DNA of 21,247 nucleotides from Thermoplasmata archaeon (GCA_034667685.1 JAXDQU010000016.1:1-21247); one strand, 5' to 3'; shown: positions 1-7,583, numbered from the stretch's first letter. Notes: a model not told the origin generated them from the sequence alone. Translations and numbers: made by a program.

Positions 1-77
1 CCCCCCCCCCCCCCACGGCTTTCGTCTGTGGGAGACAGAAGCGGGGACGTTGGGGGGCTCCGCCCCCCAAACCCCCC
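1..77. repeat. Truncated REP-like palindromic element at the window edge
   Basis: Hairpin TTGGGGGG-ctccg-CCCCCCAA (50-70) followed by ACCCCCC, and an imperfect hairpin at 18-42. The CCCCCCAA(A)CCCCCC motif recurs in the 13303-13491 element. Confidence 0.5.
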
Positions 78-126
78 GTTTCGAGTTCGAAACCTTGAAT
101 GGCTCGCCCGGCGCGTGCTCGCGCGG

Positions 127-564
127 ATGCACGTCCAGGATCTCCTTTTGCCGGTCGGCACGGCCGTGGCCGCCGGGGGCGCCGCGATCCTCGTCGCGAT
201 GGCGGTGCGCAGCCGCCGCGCCGCGCGGGCCGAGATCGAGCCCGAGTTCGAGATCGTCGAGGACGCGCCCATCGTCGTCGTCCCCGTGAAGGACCTCGAC
301 GCGCCGGTCGCGTTCAACGTCGTGGACGAGTCCGCGCCGCGCGGCCCGATGCCGCTTCCGCCGATCCTCCGCGAGGGGCGCCAGGCCGCGCCGGCGCCCC
401 CGCCGCCCGTCCCCACCGAGTGGGCGCGCCGCCAGGTGGGCCCCGCGCCGGCCGGCCGCACCAAGGGCGCCTGCTCGGGGTGCGGCGCGATGCTCTCCGT
501 CACGAACCAGCGCCCCCTGCGCATCGCGTGCCCGGTGTGCGGGCGCACGCGCCTCCTCGCCTAG
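127..564 (+). CDS. Membrane-anchored protein with Pro-rich linker and C-terminal zinc ribbon
   Basis: ATG127 lies 32 nt after a CTTGAAT box. N-terminal hydrophobic helix (LLLPVGTAVAAGGAAILVAMAV) then RSRR; C-terminal CSGC...CPVC. Confidence 0.8.
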   Translation: MHVQDLLLPVGTAVAAGGAAILVAMAVRSRRAARAEIEPEFEIVEDAPIVVVPVKDLDAPVAFNVVDESAPRGPMPLPPILREGRQAAPAPPPPVPTEWARRQVGPAPAGRTKGACSGCGAMLSVTNQRPLRIACPVCGRTRLLA

Positions 565-597
565 TGAGACCGCGAGATGCTCGATCAGGGCCATCCG

Positions 598-709
598 GCC
601 GCGCTTCGCCATCCGCCAACACGCGAAGACGCCAACACGCTGACATGCCCGGTCTTGGGGCCGCTGGCGTCTCCGCGTGTTGGCGTGTTGGCGGCCAGCG
701 AAGCGCGGC
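598..709. repeat. Palindromic element built from 8-nt CGCCAACA-like units, at a convergent gene junction
   Basis: 598-609 pairs with 698-709 and 613-624 pairs with 683-694. Units: cgccaaca cgcgaaga cgccaaca cgctgaca. Same family as 21165-21241. Confidence 0.85.
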
Positions 710-725
710 GCGCAACCCCGGAGTT

Positions 726-1592
726 CTAGCACGTCGCGTAGCTCGTCCCGAGCAGGGGCGGCAGCGTCGTGCCCGTCTCCGCGGGGCCGCCCGGCGCGCC
801 GGCCTGGTATGCGAACGCGCCGTCCGCGCCCTGCAGGCCTTGGAGGTACGAGAGCGGCGTCGCGCCACCCGGCGTGGTCCACGCGGCGAGGTCCTCGCCC
901 GACGCGAGGAGGCCCATCGCGGCCCAGGCCGTGCTCAGGTCGTTGCTCTTCGCGCCGCCCGCGAGGCCCCAGCCGCCGTCCGCGTTCTGGATGCCGCGCA
1001 GGTAGCTCTCCGCGCGCGCCACCGCGGGCCCCCGGCCGGCCACGTCGCCCGCCGCGAGCGCCATGAGCGCGGCGCCGGTGTCGTCGGGGTCCGCGGAGCC
1101 GGTCGTGCTCCAGCTCCAGCCGCCGCCGGGGCGCTCGGCCGCGAGGATGAACTGTCCCGCGAGCTGGAGGCGCGCGTCGCTGGCGGGGACGCCCGCGGCG
1201 CGCAGGGCGAGGATGCCCCAGTCGTCGTCGTTGATCGCAGTGGGGCTCCCGAACTGGCCGCCCACGAACCACGCCTGCACGACGAGCGCGTAGTCGACGC
1301 CGTGGAAGTCGTTCGCGTCGTAGCCCGCGCACGCGAGCGCGAGCGTCGAACGCTCCCACGATAGCACCGAGGTCGGCTCGGGCGGGTTCGCCATGAGGTA
1401 CGTCTCGACGCCCCATGCGGCCGGGTCCTCGTGGGCGGCGGCGAGGCCCATCAGCACCCAGTCGGTCGTGGCACGCGTGCCCCATCCGCCGTCGGCCTGC
1501 TGCTCCGCGCGCAGCGAGGCGAGGGCGGCGTTCGGGTCGGCGAGGACGGCGGGCGCAAGGAGGACGATCGCGAGCAGCAGGGCGCGGAGCAC
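726..1592 (-). CDS. Secreted prenyltransferase/squalene-oxidase-repeat (alpha/alpha barrel) protein, possibly a cobalamin-binding alpha domain
   Basis: Signal peptide MLRALLLAIVLLAPAVLA. QW-like repeats QQADGGWG, ERPGGGWS, QNADGGWG, QGADGAF. Helix motifs INDDDWGILAL, DPDDTGAALMAL, STAWAAMGL. CTTATCC box 29 nt upstream of the GTG. Confidence 0.8.
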   Translation of the reverse strand: MLRALLLAIVLLAPAVLADPNAALASLRAEQQADGGWGTRATTDWVLMGLAAAHEDPAAWGVETYLMANPPEPTSVLSWERSTLALACAGYDANDFHGVDYALVVQAWFVGGQFGSPTAINDDDWGILALRAAGVPASDARLQLAGQFILAAERPGGGWSWSTTGSADPDDTGAALMALAAGDVAGRGPAVARAESYLRGIQNADGGWGLAGGAKSNDLSTAWAAMGLLASGEDLAAWTTPGGATPLSYLQGLQGADGAFAYQAGAPGGPAETGTTLPPLLGTSYATC

Positions 1593-1649
1593 GAAGCATC
1601 GCAGCCCACGCGCCGGGATAAGGCCCGCAGCAAGTCAGGTTCCAGTCGA

Positions 1650-1684
1650 TTCAATCCGGATTGAAATTCTTCAACTAGGCTGAA
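1650..1684. promoter_or_regulatory. Candidate tandem operator between divergent genes
   Basis: Perfect 16-bp palindrome TTCAATCCGGATTGAA (1650-1665) followed by the related TTCAACTAGGCTGAA (1670-1684), in an AT-rich island. Confidence 0.55.
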
Positions 1685-1712
1685 GCGTGGGGAGCGCTTG
1701 CGGGCGGCTCGC

Positions 1713-2156
1713 ATGATGCGAACCATCCTGATCGCGCTGCTGACGACCGTGCCGCTCGGCGCCGCGCTGCCTCCGCCCTTGGCCACCGTGCACGTGACGC
1801 TCCAGGTCGACGCGAGCGCCTACCCGCTGATCCCCGAGTCGAAGACCTGCGAGGTCGAGGTGCCCGCGGGCAGCGACGGCAAGGTCATGCTCACCGCCGC
1901 GACCGCGAGCGGCTGCATCGCCGGCTGGACCGCGACGTTCTCTCCGACCGTGGGCGCGTTCTACCTCGACGGCGTGGATGGCCGGCGCGCGGTGTGCGAC
2001 ACGCCGGTCTGGCTCGTCCACTGCACGTTCTGGTTCCTGAGCGCGAACGGCCAGCCCTCGGACGTGGGGATCGACGGCTGGCGCGCCGCCGAGGGCGACA
2101 CGTACGGCTTCACCTACGACCGCGAGTTCGCGGGGCTGCCTTCGCCTATGCCGTGA
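1713..2156 (+). CDS. Secreted DUF4430-like (transcobalamin beta-domain-like) protein
   Basis: Signal peptide; FYLDGVDG; and FWFLSANGQPSDVGIDGWRAAEGDTYGFTY, which fits the DUF4430-type pattern W-x4-NG-x4-VG...GD-x3-F-x-Y. Confidence 0.75.
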   Translation: MMRTILIALLTTVPLGAALPPPLATVHVTLQVDASAYPLIPESKTCEVEVPAGSDGKVMLTAATASGCIAGWTATFSPTVGAFYLDGVDGRRAVCDTPVWLVHCTFWFLSANGQPSDVGIDGWRAAEGDTYGFTYDREFAGLPSPMP

Positions 2157-2160
2157 AAAA

Positions 2161-2394
2161 CCTTAGCCTCAGCCTCAGCCCTAGCCTCAGCCTCAGCCTC
2201 AGCCTGTAGCCTCAGCCTCAGCCTCCATCCCTCCAGCCACAGAGGACACAGAGGATCACAGAGGCGATTTTTCTCGTTCCTCTGTGATCCTCTGTGTCCT
2301 CTGTGGCTGGAGGAGTCAGGGCAACAGGCTAGGGCTGAGGCTAAGGCTAAGGCTAAGGCTAAGGCTAAGGCTAAGGCTAAGGCTGAGGCTGAGG
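2161..2394. repeat. Nested palindrome: hexamer arrays flanking a 35-bp perfect inverted repeat
   Basis: (AGCCTC)n at 2161-2225 faces (GCTAAG/GCTGAG)n at ~2327-2394. Core 2230-2264 is the exact reverse complement of 2279-2313 (CACAGAGG units), with a 14-nt loop. Confidence 0.95.
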
Positions 2395-2396
2395 TC

Positions 2397-2693
2397 CTAC
2401 GCCAGCATCGGATGGCAGAGCTCGGGGTCCCGATAGCACGGGTCGTTGAGGCATCCGCCGACGGTGTCCGCGACGTCGAAGCACGCGAGGTACGGGACCG
2501 GGCAGTCGCCGTCCATCTCCGTGCAGGTGATGGGCTGGGCGACGCACTCGGTGAGCGCCTCGAAGGACACGCAGGCGAGACCCGGGCAGCTGCTCTGCAC
2601 GGCCTGCACGCAGGAGCTGCCCGGGAACGCCGAAGCGACGGCGGGGACCGACGCGACGAGCAGGAGCGGGACGAGGAAGAGCGGGACGCGCAT
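2397..2693 (-). CDS. Secreted Cys-rich peptide C (10 Cys)
   Basis: Signal peptide ending VASA; C-x7-CPGxxC-x8-C module, second 4-Cys module, DPCYRDPELC tail; GAGGCG RBS-like site overlapping the upstream stop. Confidence 0.85.
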   Translation of the reverse strand: MRVPLFLVPLLLVASVPAVASAFPGSSCVQAVQSSCPGLACVSFEALTECVAQPITCTEMDGDCPVPYLACFDVADTVGGCLNDPCYRDPELCHPMLA

Positions 2694-2703
2694 GCTCGTC
2701 GCC

Positions 2704-3093
2704 TCACGCCTGCAGGTTGCACAGCTCGGGGTCGAGCAGGCACGGGTCGGGGATGCACGCCGTCTTGCCGTTCACGCCGACGCAGGCGATCCACGGGTAG
2801 GAGCAGCGGGTGGTGAACGACGTGCAGTCGGTCACGCTCGGCTTGCCCGCGCAGGTCCACTGGCCGGTGGCGTTGACGCACGCCGTGCCGGGGCAGCTGT
2901 TGTGGTCCTGCTGGACGCAGACGATCTGGCTGACGACGGGGCTCTCGCAGACGTACTTGGCCTCGATCCAGACGCAAACGAAGCCGGGGCACGAGCCGCC
3001 CTCGGCCGTGGTGCAGACGCCCATCGGGACGGAGGCGGAGGCGAGCGGGACGGCGGCGAGCGTGGCGAGGAGGGCGACGAGGAAGACGCGCAT
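2704..3093 (-). CDS. Secreted Cys-rich peptide B (14 Cys, three modules)
   Basis: ATG3093 preceded by GAGGTG; signal peptide MRVFLVALLATLAAVPLASA; paralogous to both neighbours. Confidence 0.85.
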   Translation of the reverse strand: MRVFLVALLATLAAVPLASASVPMGVCTTAEGGSCPGFVCVWIEAKYVCESPVVSQIVCVQQDHNSCPGTACVNATGQWTCAGKPSVTDCTSFTTRCSYPWIACVGVNGKTACIPDPCLLDPELCNLQA

Positions 3094-3103
3094 GTTCCCC
3101 ACC

Positions 3104-3424
3104 TCACGCCAGCGTCGGGTTGCACCACTCGGGGGCGTCGTAGCAGATGTCGGGGGCGCAGGCGCGCACGGCGCCATACCAGACGCAGGCGAGGTCGCCG
3201 GGGGGGCAGCCGCCCTTCAGCTCGGTGCAGTCGCCGTGCGGCGGGAGCGAGAGGATGGGCGTCTCGCAGATGTACTTGGCCTCGATCCAGACGCACACGG
3301 TGCCGGGGCAGTAGGCGTCGGTCGCGCGGGCGCAGACGCCCATCGGCACGGAGGCCGAGGCGGCGGGCGTCATCGCGACGAGGACGAGCGGGACGAGCAG
3401 GGTCATGAAAAGCTTGGAGGACAT
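3104..3424 (-). CDS. Secreted Cys-rich peptide A (10 Cys)
   Basis: Signal peptide ending AASA; predicted mature N-terminus SVPMGVC and CVWIEAKY shared with peptide B. Confidence 0.85.
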   Translation of the reverse strand: MSSKLFMTLLVPLVLVAMTPAASASVPMGVCARATDAYCPGTVCVWIEAKYICETPILSLPPHGDCTELKGGCPPGDLACVWYGAVRACAPDICYDAPEWCNPTLA

Positions 3425-3499
3425 GGGGGTGTGCCCGCGGCGCGGAGATTGCCGCGAGCACGAGAAAGATACCAGGGTGCAACCCGCAGGCTGCGCGGC

Positions 3500-4834
3500 T
3501 CAGAAGACCGCGCCGGTGAACGCGTCCACCTTGGTCACGCCCGTCGAGGTCGTGATCTCCCAGACCGGGCAGAGGATCATGCCGCGGTGCTGGAGGCCGC
3601 ACTCGTCGGGCTCCGGGACGATCTTCAGGTTGGCCATCACCGTGTTGCCGGCGATCTCCTTCTCGACCTGGAGCGTCTTGCCGAACGTCTTGGCCATGTG
3701 CCCCTTGATCTTGTCGTAGATGTCCACGGCCTGGAGCTTCTCGGCCTCCTTGCGCGCCTCGGCGGGGGCGGCGGGCTCCCACGCGAGCGCGTCCACGGTG
3801 CGCAGGTCGCCCGTGAGCGAGGAGATCAGGACGCTCCCCTTGCCCACGATGGGCGCGGGAAGCTCGGGGCGCTCGACGCGCACGTCGTAGTCGAACGCGA
3901 TGTTGGGGTAGAGCGCGAGCTTGGGCGTGCCCTGCTTGCCGCTCTTGGCGAGCGCGTCCTGCGCGGTGACGTTGATCTTCAGCACGCCCGAGCCGTTGGT
4001 GGGCGCCTCGGTCGCCGCAACGGCCTTCTTCTTGGGCGTCGTGATGATCTCGTACGCCTCCTCCTCGGCGTTCGCGACGGGCGTCGCGGCGCGCGTGGGC
4101 GTCGCGGCCGCCGGCGCCTCCTGTCCCTCGGGGATCAGGTTGCCCCACTGGTCGACGTGCCGGGAGGGGTGGCGGCCGCTGCGGACCTGGGCGATGCCCG
4201 CGTTCGACGTGCCGCCCACGGCGCCGCCCCACGCGTAGCCCAGCGAGCCGCCCTTGCCCTGGGCGATGCCGCCCTGCATGTCGATGGGCTGCTCCTTGTG
4301 CTTGTTGGGCATGAAGTACGCCGCGCCCGCGTTGCTCACGACGGAGGCGCTGGCGGCCTGCGCGACGAGGCTGGGGAACTTGGCGGTGGACTTGTTCGTG
4401 GCCTGGACGGCGGGCGTCGCCTGGAACGCGCTGGGCTCCTTGGGGAAGGCCGCGGGGCCGAGGCTGGGGCTCGGGCTGGCGCTAGGGCTGGGGCCGGGGA
4501 CGACCGCGCCGTGGACCATGGCCTCGCCCACCTCGAGCACGAGGCGGCTCTCGGCCCAGGCTTCGACGCCCTTGGCGGCGGCCAGCGCGTCCTTGGCGGC
4601 AGGCTCGACGCCCTTGGGCGCCACGAGGATGCCGTGGGTCGCGTGGACCTGCTCGCAGGCCTGGAGGAAGAGCTGCGCGTCGGGGAGGCTGACGGGGCCG
4701 TCGAGCTTCCACGCCGCCAGGAGCGTGTCGTCGCCCTTGCGCGCGAACAGGGCCTCCGCGTCGGCCCCCTGGATGGTGAATCCCTTGTGCTCCGCCACGC
4801 GGGCGAGAAGCTGATCCATCGTTTGCATGTGCAT
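3500..4834 (-). CDS. Protein with degenerate Mrr-like restriction-endonuclease domain, long disordered linker and C-terminal domain of unknown function
   Basis: N-terminal HGILVAPKGVEPAAKDALAAAKGVEAW resembles the Mrr_cat C-terminal half. C-terminal P-x-W...VDAFTG. Start could be 4834, 4828 or 4819. Confidence 0.7.
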   Translation of the reverse strand: MHMQTMDQLLARVAEHKGFTIQGADAEALFARKGDDTLLAAWKLDGPVSLPDAQLFLQACEQVHATHGILVAPKGVEPAAKDALAAAKGVEAWAESRLVLEVGEAMVHGAVVPGPSPSASPSPSLGPAAFPKEPSAFQATPAVQATNKSTAKFPSLVAQAASASVVSNAGAAYFMPNKHKEQPIDMQGGIAQGKGGSLGYAWGGAVGGTSNAGIAQVRSGRHPSRHVDQWGNLIPEGQEAPAAATPTRAATPVANAEEEAYEIITTPKKKAVAATEAPTNGSGVLKINVTAQDALAKSGKQGTPKLALYPNIAFDYDVRVERPELPAPIVGKGSVLISSLTGDLRTVDALAWEPAAPAEARKEAEKLQAVDIYDKIKGHMAKTFGKTLQVEKEIAGNTVMANLKIVPEPDECGLQHRGMILCPVWEITTSTGVTKVDAFTGAVF

Positions 4835-4970
4835 CCCTGCGAGACTCACGCTGGACGGGGTTCATAGCGTTTCGCAAAGCGATCTGGGCGGGTGTTGCCC
4901 ACCTTGGCGACCACCGAAGGGGCTTGAAGGCGCCCCGCCACCCCGGGGGCGGGAGTCAGGAGGCTTCAGC

Positions 4971-6065
4971 GTGCGCACCAGGACCGTCGTTTTCGTCTCA
5001 GCCGTGGCCGTCGTGTTGCTGATCGCGGGGCTCGGCTCGGGCTTCGTGCGGATGCTCGGCCCGGTCCCCGAGCAGCTCGTCGAAGGGCACACCGTCTTCA
5101 CGGCGCTCCAGACCACCTACGTCACCAGCGCCACGGCCAACGCGCACTTCGCCGCCGCCGTGGCCGTGCTGATCCGCGACTTCCACCACAACACGGTGAT
5201 CCACAACTCGCGCTTCCCCGGCGTGCTCTGGTTCAACGACCAGTACCTCGTCGAATGCGGCGAGAACGGCCTGGGCGACAGCACGCCCGGCTGCGCCTCG
5301 TCGAGCACCCTCGTCAACACCAAGACCGTGCGCTATCCCTGCGGCGCCGCGATGGCGGTGCGCGCCGGCGATCCCGACCCGCGCAACGGCACGTTCGACG
5401 CGACGACCTACGTGGGCACCTACCACATCACGGACCCCAACAACCACGCCTGGGACGTCGACAAGTGGAGCCTGGGCGGCGAGCTCGTCTGGACCGTGCC
5501 GCTCACCGACCGCTTCGCGAACTACAACGACACGTCCACCACGTCCGACTGCGGCATGGACTCGGGGCAGGGCTTCACCTACAACGCCGTGCTCTACTTC
5601 GAGCTGCAGGACCTCACGATCACCGGCGCCAAGAACCACACCGCGGGCTCGACGGACCGCGCGCAGGACACCAACGGCTGCCAGGTGGGCGCGTTCAACT
5701 ACAAGACCGGCGCCTACGAGTGGCCCTGCCCGGCCAACGACGACGACCGCGAGGGCGACAGCCACGACTTCAACCCCGGCAACAGCTTCCCCTCGCAGAA
5801 CAGCGTCGCGCGCGGCAACCACGGCGGCAGCGCGGACTGCACGGGCGACGCCGCCCCCGACCCGGACTGCCACGCCACCGCGCGCATCGACATCTACTAC
5901 GGCGGCCTCAACGCGCCGACCTCGCGCAACTACCTGCTCTTCGAGGCCGAGGGGAGCGCCGCGCCCTTCTACTGCGAGCCCGACATCAAGACGTGCAACC
6001 AGGGCGACTACGAGGCGCAGGCGTGGCTCGACACCGGGTTCTACCAGGTGCCGCCCAATCCGTAG
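4971..6065 (+). CDS. Exported or membrane-anchored hypothetical protein, 10 Cys, Asp/Asn/Thr-rich
   Basis: AGGAGG at 4958-4963 before GTG4971; basic-then-hydrophobic N-terminus; strong GC3 codon bias. Confidence 0.85.
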   Translation: MRTRTVVFVSAVAVVLLIAGLGSGFVRMLGPVPEQLVEGHTVFTALQTTYVTSATANAHFAAAVAVLIRDFHHNTVIHNSRFPGVLWFNDQYLVECGENGLGDSTPGCASSSTLVNTKTVRYPCGAAMAVRAGDPDPRNGTFDATTYVGTYHITDPNNHAWDVDKWSLGGELVWTVPLTDRFANYNDTSTTSDCGMDSGQGFTYNAVLYFELQDLTITGAKNHTAGSTDRAQDTNGCQVGAFNYKTGAYEWPCPANDDDREGDSHDFNPGNSFPSQNSVARGNHGGSADCTGDAAPDPDCHATARIDIYYGGLNAPTSRNYLLFEAEGSAAPFYCEPDIKTCNQGDYEAQAWLDTGFYQVPPNP

Positions 6066-6066
6066 T

Positions 6067-6138
6067 CCCGAGTCCGATTCCGCTTCCTCTTCCGATTCCG
6101 GAATCGGAAGCGGAAGCGGAATAGGAATCGGGCTCGGG
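6067..6138. repeat. Loopless palindrome of hexamer units (TTCCGA/TCGGAA)
   Basis: cccgagtccgattccgcttcctcttccgattcc|ggaatcggaagcggaagcggaataggaatcgggctcggg, centred at 6099/6100. Confidence 0.85.
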
Positions 6139-6182
6139 CGGACGTGGCTATCGTCATATACGCGGCCGTGGGATGGCCGCGC

Positions 6183-7019
6183 ATGCCCTTCGACGTGGCC
6201 CTCGTGCAGGCCCGCCCCGCGCTCGGGGACGTCAAGGCCAACGCCGCGCGCGTCGTCGAGGCGCTCCACCGCGAGCGCGCCGAACTGGTGGTCTTCCCCG
6301 AGCTGTTCCTCTCGGGCTACGCGGTGAAGGACGCCTTCGCGCAGCTCGCGGTCGACGCGGCCGCGCCCGAAGGCCCGGTGGCCGAGATCGCGCGCGCGTG
6401 CCGCGACACGGGCAAGCACGTCGTCGTGGGCGCGCCCGTGCGGGGCCGCGCGCGGGGGATCGTCCACAACGCGCTCCTGCTGATCGGGCCCGAAGGTCTC
6501 GTGGGGCGCTACGACAAGGTCTACCTGCCCACGTTCAGCCTCTTCGAGGAGGACCTCTGGTTCCAGGAGGGCAACGCGCTCCCTGTTTTCGAGATCACGC
6601 TCGGGGGCGAGAAGGTCACGCTGGGCCTCTGCATCTGCTACGACCTCTTCTTCCCCGAGGTCACCAAGACCCTCGCGCGCAAGGGCGCTGATGTCATCGT
6701 CTGCGCGAGCGCGAGCCCCACGCCCAGCCGCGCGCACTTCGAGGCCGTCTTCCCCGCCCGCGCGCTGGAGACGACGTGCCACCTGCTCTACACCAACCTT
6801 TCCGGCGCGCAGGACGCGGCCATGTTCTGGGGCGGCGCGCAGGCCTGGAGCCCGCGCGGCGGCAAGATCGCGCAAGGGCCGTATGATATCGAAGCCGTCA
6901 CGCGCGCCACGCTGGACATGGCGGACGTGGCCGAGGCGCGCCGCCGGAGGCCCGTGCTGCGCGACACGCGCGACGAGGTGCTGCGGATGCTGCTCGACGC
7001 GGGACGCGAGGCGCCCTGA
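6183..7019 (+). CDS. Carbon-nitrogen hydrolase (nitrilase superfamily)
   Basis: Glu-Lys-Cys triad contexts VFPELFLSGY, YDKVYLP, ICYDLFFPE. Confidence 0.93.
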   Translation: MPFDVALVQARPALGDVKANAARVVEALHRERAELVVFPELFLSGYAVKDAFAQLAVDAAAPEGPVAEIARACRDTGKHVVVGAPVRGRARGIVHNALLLIGPEGLVGRYDKVYLPTFSLFEEDLWFQEGNALPVFEITLGGEKVTLGLCICYDLFFPEVTKTLARKGADVIVCASASPTPSRAHFEAVFPARALETTCHLLYTNLSGAQDAAMFWGGAQAWSPRGGKIAQGPYDIEAVTRATLDMADVAEARRRRPVLRDTRDEVLRMLLDAGREAP

Positions 7020-7076
7020 GCGTCCCCGAAGCGAGCATCGAAAGATAGAGAATGCCCGGCCGGCCTGGCCTCCACG

Positions 7077-7502
7077 ATGCCCGCCCGCAGCCCCGACGTC
7101 GACGCGATCATCGAGGCGACGCCGGACGAGCGCGGCATCATCCTCGCGAAGCTGCGGGACGCCATCCACGCCGCCGACCCCGGGATCGTCGAGGTCGTCA
7201 AGTGGCGCAAGCCGAGCAGCCCGCTGGGCGCGGCCGTCTTCGAGCACGACGGCATCGTCTGCATCCTCATCCCGCTCAAGGGGCGCGTCCGCGTCAGCTT
7301 CGCGGCGGGCGCCAGCCTCCCCGACCCCAAGAAGCTCTTCAACGCGCAGCTCAACGGCCTGTCGCGGGCCATCGATTTCCCGGTCGGCGGCAGGATCGAC
7401 GTGGCCGGCCTCAAGGCGCTCGTCCGCGCGGGCGTCAAGCACCGCATCGGCGCGAAGCGCAAGGCCGCGAAGCCGGCCACGAGAAAGAAGCCGGTCCGCT
7501 GA
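7077..7502 (+). CDS. DUF1801 (YdhG-like) protein
   Basis: LRDAIHAADPGIVEVVKW...FEHDGIVC...FAAGASLPDPKKLFN; basic C-terminal tail. Confidence 0.85.
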   Translation: MPARSPDVDAIIEATPDERGIILAKLRDAIHAADPGIVEVVKWRKPSSPLGAAVFEHDGIVCILIPLKGRVRVSFAAGASLPDPKKLFNAQLNGLSRAIDFPVGGRIDVAGLKALVRAGVKHRIGAKRKAAKPATRKKPVR

Positions 7503-7583
7503 GGTCCAGCGCCTCGCAGCGGCGTTCTCCGATGTTGGGCTGCCCGTCCCGGCTCCAGCCACGGAGGAGGGAGCACCGACCAG

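Noticed and set aside
1-14. Poly-C run as a biological feature
   Set aside because: It lies at the sequence edge and is probably a homopolymer or assembly effect.
1592-1599. Frameshift joining ATG1599 (minus) to the barrel gene
   Set aside because: GTG1592 already gives a complete signal peptide and sits at the typical 29-nt spacing from the box.
1593-1712. Cobalamin riboswitch
   Set aside because: The spacer is only 120 nt, holds two promoters, and shows no B12-box or GGGAA core.
2161-2394. CRISPR array
   Set aside because: Units are 6-10 nt in tandem with no unique spacers, and there are no cas genes in the window.
2397-3424. Ranthipeptide, lanthipeptide or metallothionein assignment
   Set aside because: Sec-type signal peptides, even Cys counts and the absence of modifying enzymes favour disulfide-bonded exported peptides.
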